Notes: a model not told the origin generated them from the sequence alone. A stretch of 23,504 nucleotides of DNA from Candidatus Bathyarchaeia archaeon (GCA_049512935.1 JBEKWR010000029.1:1-23504), one strand, 5' to 3'. Counted from the stretch's first letter, positions 1-7,898 are shown. Translations and numbers: made by a program.

Positions 1-122
1 GCCCATAGCAAAGTCGCATCTCGCAAACGCCTTCAAGCCCTAAACCAAAAAAGCAACCCAAAACGCAACCTGTCACCCGCGAAAGTCGCAACTTTCCCGT
101 AGCAAAAGTCGCAACTTAAAAA
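1..122 (+). repeat. Left arm of a perfect 122-bp inverted repeat (may extend beyond the window start)
   Basis: By-eye comparison: 1-122 is the exact reverse complement of 1849-1970. Contains three AAAGTCGCA motifs. Confidence 0.95.
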
Positions 123-443
123 AAACAAGAAAAATCAAAGCCAAAAGAAATTCAGGTGCCGTTTAGCAGGTAACTTTTGCCGCCTAAAAGGATGCCCAGA
201 AACGCACATTTGGGAGCCTAAGCCCCATAGTACAGATCCGGAAGCAGAGCCATATCATGGCAGCAAACCTACCTGCCAAACGACTCGTCGTTGACCCTGA
301 ATATCTCCTTCATTTAGAACCAAATAAAAATTTGTGGTAGTGCCTAAACAGTCACAATCGCACGCAACCCACAAGCTTCCGCCGCCACAATCTATGTATA
401 AATAAGGGAGACAAAGATTTGTTAGCGTCTGAGGAGACCCAAG

Positions 444-758
444 TTGAATTTGGAAGAAATGAAAACGCAAATAGAAGCGCTTGTCATCGCAAAAGGGTTC
501 TACAACAAACCAGAGGACATCCCGAAAAAGTTGCTTTTCGCATTCATCGAGTTAGGCGAAGCAAGCGACGCCTGGAAAAAAGGGTTGCCCGAAGAGAAAA
601 TTGCTGAGGAACTCATAGACGTGATTTTCTACGTATTAGACGCAGGCCGTTTGGCTTGCCCAAGCATTAACATGGACGACGCGTTCGCAAGGAAGCTTCA
701 GAAAAACTTCAGTCGCCCATTCCAGTACGGGGAAGGTCACCGCGCTAAAGCTCCCTGA
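444..758 (+). CDS. MazG-like nucleotide pyrophosphohydrolase (all-alpha NTP-PPase)
   Basis: 104 aa. IELGEASDA...IAEELIDVIFY matches the ExxE...ExxD metal-binding pattern. TTG start preceded by GAGGAG. Confidence 0.85.
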   Translation: MNLEEMKTQIEALVIAKGFYNKPEDIPKKLLFAFIELGEASDAWKKGLPEEKIAEELIDVIFYVLDAGRLACPSINMDDAFARKLQKNFSRPFQYGEGHRAKAP

Positions 759-826
759 AGAAGACAAAAACAGCCTGCGAAGTTTTTTATGCCACACTTT
801 TTAAGCTATATCATTGTTGAATCAAA

Positions 827-1252
827 GTGGACTTTACTTACCCCGTTAACTTAAAGTTTGAATGCAACAGATGCGGCTTATGCTGCGGGGATACGAAGCA
901 AAAAACAAGGCACATTCTTCTCTTGCGAAGTGAAGCCGAAAAAATTGCTAGTCAAACTTGCCAACCCGTAACGGATTTTTCATCTGAAACCGGCGATAAT
1001 GGTCCTTACGTCTATGAGATGAAAAAGTCAAGTGAAGGAAAATGCGTCTTCTTAAAAGATAACCGATGCAGCATTTACCCGCTAAGACCGTTAATCTGCA
1101 TGTTTTACCCCTTCGAATTAAAATTTGCCAAAAATAAACAATCCCACAGCTTTGATTTCACGGTTGAGTGCCCAGGAATAAATCAAGGCAAGGTTCTGGA
1201 CAAAACCGATTTCAAAAAATTATTCGACGCGGCTCAAGAAAGGCTAAAATGA
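827..1252 (+). CDS. YkgJ-family cysteine-cluster protein (putative Zn/Fe-S, CxxCxxCC)
   Basis: CNRCGLCC, then CVFL...CSIYPLRPLICMFYPF and CPG, the typical PF03692 pattern. Confidence 0.85.
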   Translation: MDFTYPVNLKFECNRCGLCCGDTKQKTRHILLLRSEAEKIASQTCQPVTDFSSETGDNGPYVYEMKKSSEGKCVFLKDNRCSIYPLRPLICMFYPFELKFAKNKQSHSFDFTVECPGINQGKVLDKTDFKKLFDAAQERLK

Positions 1253-1261
1253 AAATTGGCT

Positions 1262-1726
1262 TCAAAGTTTTTGGAGAATATCTGTTTGCTCCAGAACTAC
1301 GCCGCAGTAATGGCATTTCAAGATTATGGGTTCCTCGTTTTTAACGTAAAATTTCGAAACCACGGGTTCGTCGCTGTTGCTTATACAGCATGGATTGACG
1401 CATTTCACTATGCCCTCAATCATGTTGGGTAGTTTGACTTCTACTTTTTCGACAACTTTGAAATTTCGGACGATGTTGATTGATGCGTGTGGAGCGACTA
1501 AGGCTATTCGATTAACTTCTTGCGTGTTGATTGCGCGACCCTCAATCTTCACAATGTCTTTAACTCCAAAACGTTTACTGGGAACGTTGATTGCGATGGT
1601 GATGACTCGTTTTTCCTTACCTGTTATTCCTAAAATCTTGATTACATCAAGAGCGTACCCTCCTCTTATGTGGTCAATCACTGTGCCATCCTTGATTTTT
1701 GAAACCCTCAGTTCCGTGTCACTCAA
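1262..1726 (-). CDS. pyrI: Aspartate carbamoyltransferase regulatory subunit
   Basis: LRVSKIKDGTVIDHI, KDIVKIEG and Zn ligands CVNPCCIS...CHYC. Start moved from 1807 to TTG 1726, which follows a GGGGAG SD-like motif. Confidence 0.95.
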   Translation of the reverse strand: MSDTELRVSKIKDGTVIDHIRGGYALDVIKILGITGKEKRVITIAINVPSKRFGVKDIVKIEGRAINTQEVNRIALVAPHASINIVRNFKVVEKVEVKLPNMIEGIVKCVNPCCISNSDEPVVSKFYVKNEEPIILKCHYCGVVLEQTDILQKL

Positions 1727-1848
1727 ACGAGTCTCCCCGATAGAAGAATAGTATGTATGCGGCAAATAAGATTTTACGTTAAAACCACGTTTGCTTTTGA
1801 AGACCACTTTGAAACTTTCGTGTTTTTGTGGTTTTTGTTTGGTTTAAA

Positions 1849-1970
1849 TTTTTAAGTTGCGACTTTTGCTACGGGAAAGTTGCGACTTTCGCGGGTGACA
1901 GGTTGCGTTTTGGGTTGCTTTTTTGGTTTAGGGCTTGAAGGCGTTTGCGAGATGCGACTTTGCTATGGGC
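1849..1970 (-). repeat. Right arm of the 122-bp inverted repeat
   Basis: Exact reverse complement of 1-122. G/T-rich on the + strand, intergenic. Confidence 0.95.
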
Positions 1971-2263
1971 TCGGTTATGGGCACATGAATCTTTTTTAGG
2001 CTGCGACCATTTGGATGGGCTGGAAATTGCGTCTTTTCTTTTTAATTTTTAACCATGTTTCTGCACAGTTTTTTGGGTTTGAAAATTGCCTGAATTGAGG
2101 GCTGGCATTCTGGGCTGAGTTGGGCTTGCCTGGGGCAAGTGTCGGCTCGGGTTCACGGTTGCGCCTCTTGTGTTTTCTCGTTTTCCACGTGGAAGTGGTG
2201 CAGGAACCCATCGCTTGCCTTTCTAATCTGCACGGGTTACTCTTTACAGTTTTCACAAAATCG

Positions 2264-2296
2264 AAAAGGCAAAGCAGGGTGGAATCGTTGCCTTTT
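2264..2296. promoter_or_regulatory. 9-bp inverted repeat (AAAAGGCAA-N15-TTGCCTTTT), possible operator upstream of the Zn-ribbon/ABC operon
   Basis: Perfect 9-bp arms just upstream of a TTTTAAT TATA-like element about 40 bp before ATG 2346. Confidence 0.3.
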
Positions 2297-2345
2297 TGGG
2301 CAAGCTTTTAATCGGCGAAGAATATGGTTTTAGAGGGATAGTGCC

Positions 2346-2612
2346 ATGCCTAAATCTAGATTGAAATGCAAGAAATGTGGAGCCGTCTTTCAATATGACG
2401 CCTTAGTCTCGCTTGTACATGTAGGACCATACAAAGCGGTTACTTGCCCAGCATGCAAGAAAACGAGCTTCATGAACGTTTACAACTCAGTTAAAGACCC
2501 GCTTACCTGGCCTCCCGAAGAAAAACAGCAACAAACAGCCTCCGAGCCTCAGCTAACTGAAGAAGAATTGGAAAAGAAACGCATAGAAGAATCCAAATAC
2601 GAAAAAACATAG
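2346..2612 (+). CDS. Small zinc-ribbon protein (CxxC-x22-CxxC) with acidic/charged tail
   Basis: CKKC and CPAC pairs. GAGGGA SD. 15 bp upstream of the ABC ATPase. Confidence 0.75.
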   Translation: MPKSRLKCKKCGAVFQYDALVSLVHVGPYKAVTCPACKKTSFMNVYNSVKDPLTWPPEEKQQQTASEPQLTEEELEKKRIEESKYEKT

Positions 2613-2627
2613 ACCCGCTGTCTTCAC

Positions 2628-3557
2628 ATGATTGACGCTGAAAACCTAACCCGAAAATTCGGCAGCTTAACAGCAGTGGAAAACGTTTCTTTACATGTCG
2701 ACGAGGGCGAGGTTTTCGGTTTTCTCGGTCCCAACGGCGCAGGCAAAACCACCACCATACGCATGCTATGTTGCCTGATCAGCAAAACCAGCGGTCAGGC
2801 CCGAATTGGCAACTTTTCAGTTGACAATGAGCGTGACTGTCTTGAAATCAGGAAAATAGTTGGTTTGCTGCCTGAAAACGTCGGGTTATATGAGAATTTG
2901 AGTGCGTACAAAAACCTGGATTTTTACGGCAAACTGTACGAGGTACCCGAACAGAAGCGGCGAGAAAACATCGAGCGTCTCCTGAGGCTTCTGGGAATTT
3001 GGGATCGCAGAGAAGACGTCGTGGGCACATTCAGCAAAGGAACCAAACAGAAAATAGCGATTACAAGGGCATTGATTCATGACCCTAAAGTGCTGTTTTT
3101 GGATGAGCCTACCGCGAACCTTGACCCTGAAGCGGCAAAAACGGTGAGAGACTTCATTTTGGACCTGAAAAAGGAGAAACGAACAATCTTTCTTAACACT
3201 CACAACTTAGACGAGGCGGAACGGCTCTGCGACCGAATCGCCATCCTGAAAACCAAACTTGTCGCGGTTGACTCGCCTAAAAACCTAGAGCACAGCCTGT
3301 ACAATCGGAAAACTATTGTGCACTTGGAAGCCGTTAGTGATGCAGTGGTGGCTTCTGCAAAAAGGCTTGGAATGGTCAAGAATTTGCGAGTCGCGGATAA
3401 CAAGTTGATTCTTGACATCGACAACCCTGAGAAAGATAACCCGGAAGTTATCAGGGCAATTGTGCAGGCGGGCGGCAACATCCAGTATGTTACTGAGTTG
3501 CGTTCAACCCTTGAAGACGTTTATCTTAAGCTGATAAGGGAGGCTTCACCGCAATGA
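2628..3557 (+). CDS. ABC-2 type exporter ATP-binding protein
   Basis: Walker A GPNGAGKT, signature FSKGTKQK, Walker B LFLDEPT, H-loop NTH. Confidence 0.95.
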   Translation: MIDAENLTRKFGSLTAVENVSLHVDEGEVFGFLGPNGAGKTTTIRMLCCLISKTSGQARIGNFSVDNERDCLEIRKIVGLLPENVGLYENLSAYKNLDFYGKLYEVPEQKRRENIERLLRLLGIWDRREDVVGTFSKGTKQKIAITRALIHDPKVLFLDEPTANLDPEAAKTVRDFILDLKKEKRTIFLNTHNLDEAERLCDRIAILKTKLVAVDSPKNLEHSLYNRKTIVHLEAVSDAVVASAKRLGMVKNLRVADNKLILDIDNPEKDNPEVIRAIVQAGGNIQYVTELRSTLEDVYLKLIREASPQ

Positions 3558-4303
3558 GACTGTGGAAATCCTGGATTGTAACCCAGAAAGACCTAAGCAC
3601 TATGAGCAAAAACAGGTATGTCTTCTACTCGTTAATCGGCATCCCAATTTTGATTGGGGCTCTTTACCCTCTCATTTTCGTATTTGAGCTTAACGGCCAG
3701 ATCGCGTCGCTCACTCACGCTCAGCTGTTAGCTGTTGCCAGTCAAAGCGCAGACCTAGCAACGATAATCCTCGTTATTGTTCCCGCAGTTCTACCTTCCT
3801 ACATCGCTTCGTACAGTTTCGTAGGCGAGAAAATTGAGAAAAGTCTTGAACCGCTATTGGCGACGCCGACCACGGACGGCGAGCTGCTGCTTGGAAAATG
3901 CTTAGCGGCTTTTCTTCCGTGCATGGCAGTAACCTACGTTGGCGCCGCAATTTCCGCTTCGATCTTGGATGTCTGGTCTTACACGAGAATCGGCGTTTTC
4001 CTGATACCAAGCCTTTACTGGGTTTTGGCTGTCATTGTACTTGCTCCTTTGGCGTGTGTGCTGAGCGTTGAAGCAAACGTCATTATTTCCTCAAAAGTAA
4101 ACGATGTACGAGCCGCTCAACAGTTAGGAGGCTTAATCTCTTTGCCGCTGATTATCCTGGTTCTCGTCGCCGCCACAAGCGCCGAGCTTTCATTGTTGTT
4201 GGCAGTTGTCGTTTCAGCGGTGTTAGCAGTTGCGGACGTCATGTTGTTCTTTTTGAGCAAGGAAACCTTCCAAAGAGAAGAGATACTTACGAAATGGAAA
4301 TGA
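3554..4303 (+). CDS. ABC-2 type exporter permease
   Basis: About 6 hydrophobic helices and the SFVGEKIEKSLEPLLATP motif. ATGA overlap with the ATPase. Confidence 0.92.
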   Translation: MRLWKSWIVTQKDLSTMSKNRYVFYSLIGIPILIGALYPLIFVFELNGQIASLTHAQLLAVASQSADLATIILVIVPAVLPSYIASYSFVGEKIEKSLEPLLATPTTDGELLLGKCLAAFLPCMAVTYVGAAISASILDVWSYTRIGVFLIPSLYWVLAVIVLAPLACVLSVEANVIISSKVNDVRAAQQLGGLISLPLIILVLVAATSAELSLLLAVVVSAVLAVADVMLFFLSKETFQREEILTKWK

Positions 4304-4411
4304 GATAGATTCACGAAAGAGGAAAGGTTTGGTTCCTGCCTTAAGCAGGCATTCCATGGTAGCGTGCGCTTTTTGCTTAGAAAGTACGGGTAGGGCGGTT
4401 TTTTTTGTTTT

Positions 4412-4446
4412 TTGTGTTTTGGGTTGCTTTTTTGGGTTGGGGCTTG
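4412..4446 (+). repeat. Partial (35-bp) third copy of the intergenic repeat
   Basis: TTGTGTTTTGGGTTGCTTTTTTGGGTTGGGGCTTG vs 1903-1937 TTGCGTTTTGGGTTGCTTTTTTGGTTTAGGGCTTG: 32/35 identical. Low complexity lowers the significance. Confidence 0.65.
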
Positions 4447-4470
4447 GTTTTGGCTCTGGTTAGGGTGCAA

Positions 4471-4550
4471 AAAGGTTAAAAAAGGTTATAAAAGGTCTAA
4501 AAAGGTTTAAAAAGATACGGAAAGATACCAAAAGATACGGAAAGGCTGAT
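4471..4550 (+). repeat. Degenerate tandem array of eight 10-bp units starting AAAG
   Basis: aaaggttaaa aaaggttata aaaggtctaa aaaggtttaa aaagatacgg aaagatacca aaagatacgg aaaggctgat. Confidence 0.85.
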
Positions 4551-4615
4551 TACTTAGCCTTGTTAATTGCTTCGAAAACAGTTTTTCATGGCAGTTTTTT
4601 CTGAGCGCTTAAGCC

Positions 4616-4972
4616 TTACCAATCGGGTTTTCTCTTCCAAACGTTCATTGTGCATTGACCCCAACAGTAAGAACTAGCCTTGAATTGGCAGCCGTTGCAG
4701 GCGATGTCGGTGAATTTTGGCACTGACTCGTATTTCGAGTGGACTCGGACAAAAACCTTTTTCGGTTCAAGTTGAGACGCGGACACACCTTCTTTTTGGA
4801 ATTTCAAACGCTGTGGACACTTTTCGTAGATTGCGGGATTAGAAAAAATAGAGTAAGCACAAGTTGAACCCGCGCACTCGCGAACACTTAATTCAAACTC
4901 GCCTAGACCAGTCTCAGCTTTTGCGTATTCACAACAGGGCGCTTTCTCAGCCGCCTTCCCATTCTCAGCCAC
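4616..4972 (-). CDS. Hypothetical Cys-rich protein (9 Cys)
   Basis: 118-aa ORF with a GTG start after a purine-rich GGAAGGGG SD-like run. CC, Cx4C, CxxC and Cx3C clusters. Confidence 0.65.
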   Translation of the reverse strand: MAENGKAAEKAPCCEYAKAETGLGEFELSVRECAGSTCAYSIFSNPAIYEKCPQRLKFQKEGVSASQLEPKKVFVRVHSKYESVPKFTDIACNGCQFKASSYCWGQCTMNVWKRKPDW

Positions 4973-5094
4973 AGTCTTTCCCCTTCCGCTAACTGTGTTA
5001 TGTGAACGACCTAAAGACGTTTGCGATGCTGCCCATGAAGCATTCCGCGCATGCTTTAAAAGGTAAACTTGCTTTAGGCATATTCAGATTAAGC

Positions 5095-5511
5095 TTGAGA
5101 GATTTAACGCGGAAGGACAAAGATCTGTGGCTTGAAGATTTAGAGGATACGCTGAAAAACGCAAAGGACCTAAAAGCTGCGGGCTTCTATGACGTAGCTG
5201 CTTTGTACATACAATTGGCAGTTGAGAAAGCCTTGAAAGCTGCAATAGCTGCTTTTCTTAATACAGAACCGCCGAAGGATCATAACCTCATGAGGCTGTA
5301 TTCCAAAGTTGCGGACAAACTTGACTTAAACAAAGAGCAATTGATCTTTCTCAGAGAGCTAACTTCAGCAGCTTACGAGACAAGATATATGGATTTTAGT
5401 TTCAAGCGTCCAAGAGAAAATTATACTAAGGATGTTGCAGATGAATACATGAACAAAGCGCTATTAATAATAGAGCACATAAAAATAGCCATAGAGGCAG
5501 AGAAAAAATGA
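5095..5511 (+). CDS. HEPN domain protein (HEPN-MNT toxin-antitoxin module)
   Basis: W..., QLAVEKALKA, PPKDHNL and ETRY motifs typical of PF05168 HEPN. Start uncertain (ORF open from 5002; TTG 5095 chosen). Confidence 0.85.
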   Translation: MRDLTRKDKDLWLEDLEDTLKNAKDLKAAGFYDVAALYIQLAVEKALKAAIAAFLNTEPPKDHNLMRLYSKVADKLDLNKEQLIFLRELTSAAYETRYMDFSFKRPRENYTKDVADEYMNKALLIIEHIKIAIEAEKK

Positions 5512-5858
5512 CGACAGACGCTCTCATACTTAATGATCCCAGACCGCTCATGGAGAGACTACATGAGTGGATAAGCAAAGCGGATGCCGAAGTACACGTT
5601 GAAAAAGTGCTACTTTTCGGGTCTACTGCAAAGGGAACGCGCCGAGAGGAAAGCGACGTAGACTTAATAGTAGTGTCTGAAAGCTTCAGAGGAGTAAACG
5701 ACCTAAAAAGAATCAGCATATTACTCCGCCTATGGTCATACGTTGAAGAACTAAACATCATAGCATACACTCCCGAAGAATTCAACGAAGCAAAAGAACG
5801 ATTTATGGTCAAGAAAGCCCTCTCTTACGCAGTGGATTTAACCCCTTCCCGCACATAA
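5508..5858 (+). CDS. Minimal nucleotidyltransferase (MNT antitoxin)
   Basis: LFGSTAKGTRREESDVDLIVV fits GSx10DxD; YTPEEF motif. ATGA overlap with the HEPN gene. Confidence 0.9.
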   Translation: MTTDALILNDPRPLMERLHEWISKADAEVHVEKVLLFGSTAKGTRREESDVDLIVVSESFRGVNDLKRISILLRLWSYVEELNIIAYTPEEFNEAKERFMVKKALSYAVDLTPSRT

Positions 5859-5880
5859 TTGGGCCAAGACAAATGATTGC

Positions 5881-6168
5881 TTATCTGATTTTGACGGTGT
5901 AGTCTGCTTCGAAGTTTCTCGGGGGTATCTCCCTAGTTTTGCCGACTTTTAACTCGGCTTTCCCACTTAACAGTTTGAATTGCTGAGCGAAGCCGTCCAC
6001 GTAATCAAGCACGCCACAACCGTAGCAGAAGCCGCCAGAAAACGAAACTGTGACGCTTACGGGCGATACGGAAACCAGTTTAACTGTTACTTCGGGGCTC
6101 CGTAGCCTGTTGTAGAGAGCAACGGTTTTACTGGCAAGCTTCTCCAGTTCCTGCTGAGTTAACGCCAT
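5881..6168 (-). CDS. Conserved archaeal-type hypothetical protein with FSGGFCYGCG (CxxC) motif
   Basis: 95-aa ATG-started ORF 13 bp downstream of pyrK on the same strand. Confidence 0.75.
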   Translation of the reverse strand: MALTQQELEKLASKTVALYNRLRSPEVTVKLVSVSPVSVTVSFSGGFCYGCGVLDYVDGFAQQFKLLSGKAELKVGKTREIPPRNFEADYTVKIR

Positions 6169-6181
6169 CTTTAAACGCCGT

Positions 6182-7000
6182 TTAGACGGGTATTCTTGCG
6201 CCGTCGAAGCCGAGCTTTGAAATCCCCAGTTCGTCTTTGATTTCCCGCAGTTGCGCAGCAGTGAACACGGGTCCGTCCCTGCAGACTCGGTACTTGCCGA
6301 TTACGCAGCTTCCGCACAAGCCTATGCCGCAGCGCATCAACCGCTCCAAGCTTGCTTCCAAAGGCAGCTTTCGCGCTTCCGTCAAGTCGAAAATCTTCTT
6401 CACCATGACTTCGGGTCCGCATGTGTAGATCATGTCGAATTTTTCCCTGTCCAGCAGCTTAGCTAAAGGTTCAGTCACTAAGCATTGCAAGCCGTAGGTG
6501 CCGTCTTCCGTGGTGGTAATCAGGCTTTTCTCGTTGCAGACGCCGCCCAGCTCCCGCACGAAGAGGAGCTCGTCCTTGGTTTTCGCGCCCTCCACGAAGG
6601 ACAATCGTTCGGTTTTGGCGGCAAGTTGCTTTGCCAAGAACAGAAGAGGTGCCGTTCCCGTGCCGCCGCCGACAAGCAGGACTCTGCCTCGGCTTTCCGT
6701 GAAGCTGTTCCCGAAGGGTCCCCGCACGCCGACGGTTGCGCCTGCCTCCATGCCGTGCAGATGCCTGGTTGCGTCGCCGACCTGCTTCACCGAGACGGAA
6801 ACCAAGTCTTTTCCAACGTCCATTACGCTCAAGGGGATTTCATCTATTCCCGGCAGCCAAAGCATCAAGAATTGCCCCGGCTTGGCTTTTGAGCATAGCC
6901 TGTCGTAGATAGTGAAGGTTTTGACGGTTGGGCTTTCCGTTCGAACCTGAACGATCTCGGTTGTTCGGATCGTGTTAGCTGCGATGAGCGAGGTTGACAA
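6182..7000 (-). CDS. pyrK: Dihydroorotate dehydrogenase electron-transfer subunit (FAD, [2Fe-2S])
   Basis: PGQF, RGPFGN, GGGTGTAP, CGPEVM and CGIGLCGSC...VCRDGPVF. Overlaps pyrD. Confidence 0.95.
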   Translation of the reverse strand: MSTSLIAANTIRTTEIVQVRTESPTVKTFTIYDRLCSKAKPGQFLMLWLPGIDEIPLSVMDVGKDLVSVSVKQVGDATRHLHGMEAGATVGVRGPFGNSFTESRGRVLLVGGGTGTAPLLFLAKQLAAKTERLSFVEGAKTKDELLFVRELGGVCNEKSLITTTEDGTYGLQCLVTEPLAKLLDREKFDMIYTCGPEVMVKKIFDLTEARKLPLEASLERLMRCGIGLCGSCVIGKYRVCRDGPVFTAAQLREIKDELGISKLGFDGARIPV

Positions 7001-7898
7001 TTTCTTTCACACTCCCAACATGTTTCTTTCTAAGATAAGTTTCTAAGCCTTTAGTTATCGCTTGGAAAACATCCGTGTCCTCCCAAGCCACGGCGGTGCC
7101 GACCTGCACGGCTGAAGCGCCCGCGAGGAAAAACTCCACGGCGTCTCGCCAGCTGCTTACGCCTCCGCAGCCTATTATCGGCACGTCAGGCAGCTCCTCT
7201 CGGATGTCGTAGACGCATCGAAGCGCCACTGGTTTGACAGCTGCTCCTGACAGCCCGCCTTTGATGTTGCTAAGCACTGGACGCATCGTGTCCGCATCAA
7301 TCGCCATTGCCTTAAGCGTGTTTACGGCGGTGAGCGCGTCGGCTCCAGCTTTGACAGCAACCTTAGCGGTTACTGCGATGTCTGCGACGTTTGGCGTTAG
7401 CTTGACGATGACGGGTTTGCTGATTGATGCCTTCACGTTTTCAACCACTTCGGCGAGAAGCTTGGGGTTCTGACCGATCTCCGAGCCTGTGAACTGCACG
7501 TGAGGGCAAGAAACGTTGAGTTCCACAGCGTCCGCGCCTGCCATAACGGCTTTCTTGGCGACGGCTGAGTACTCGTCTGCCGAGTAACCGAAGACACTGA
7601 CGATAAGCGGGACGCGAAGGATAGTTTTTGCGAACTTTATTTCCTCCGCGTACTCCTCAATTCCTGGGTTAGGCAAGCCCATCGCGTTTATCAACCCAGC
7701 TTCAGCCTGAACTACCGTCGGGTTTGGGTACCCACCCCGGGGCTCCATGCCGACCGATTTTGAAACAACCGCGCCTGCGCCGCCTTTAGCCACGCGGCTC
7801 AAAGATTCAGCAGTAAAACCCAGCACGCCAGAAGCAAGAATCGTCGGGTTCGGCAACTCTAACCCGGCAATGTTGGCGCGTAAAAGATTGCTTTCCAA
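6975..7898 (-). CDS. pyrD: Dihydroorotate dehydrogenase family 1B catalytic subunit
   Basis: NAMGLPNPG, ELNVSCPH, VKLTPN, GGLSG and AVQVGTA. TTG 7898 after GGTGA SD preferred over 7934. Confidence 0.95.
   Translation of the reverse strand: MESNLLRANIAGLELPNPTILASGVLGFTAESLSRVAKGGAGAVVSKSVGMEPRGGYPNPTVVQAEAGLINAMGLPNPGIEEYAEEIKFAKTILRVPLIVSVFGYSADEYSAVAKKAVMAGADAVELNVSCPHVQFTGSEIGQNPKLLAEVVENVKASISKPVIVKLTPNVADIAVTAKVAVKAGADALTAVNTLKAMAIDADTMRPVLSNIKGGLSGAAVKPVALRCVYDIREELPDVPIIGCGGVSSWRDAVEFFLAGASAVQVGTAVAWEDTDVFQAITKGLETYLRKKHVGSVKEIVNLAHRS

Noticed and set aside
123-443. Possible ncRNA in the long leader before the MazG-like gene (TGGCAG...CTGCCA hairpin)
   Set aside because: Only a 6-bp stem; no recognisable tRNA, SRP, RNase P or C/D-box pattern.
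2183-2194. Palindrome TTCCACGTGGAA resembling an archaeal ORB origin box
   Set aside because: Spacing differs from the TTCCAnTGGAAA core, there is no G-string, it is single copy and no orc1/cdc6 is in the window.
1996-2333. Short ORFs 1996-2256, 2120-2311 and 2139-2333
   Set aside because: Mutually overlapping, low-complexity translations of skewed intergenic DNA with no motifs.
4321-4332. GGAAAGGTTTGG also found (reverse strand) downstream of cdvC near 16783-16794
   Set aside because: A single 12-bp match is expected many times by chance in 23.5 kb.
4117-4470. 117-aa minus-strand ORF
   Set aside because: Antisense to the permease and runs through the low-complexity repeat; composition reflects the repeat.
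4471-4550. Possible CRISPR array
   Set aside because: Units are 10 bp and contiguous with no unique spacers, and no cas genes are nearby.
5002-5015. GTGAACGACCTAAA similar to GTAAACGACCTAAA inside the MNT gene (about 5694)
   Set aside because: Only 13/14 bp, and the second copy is internal to a gene, so it does not delimit the TA module.
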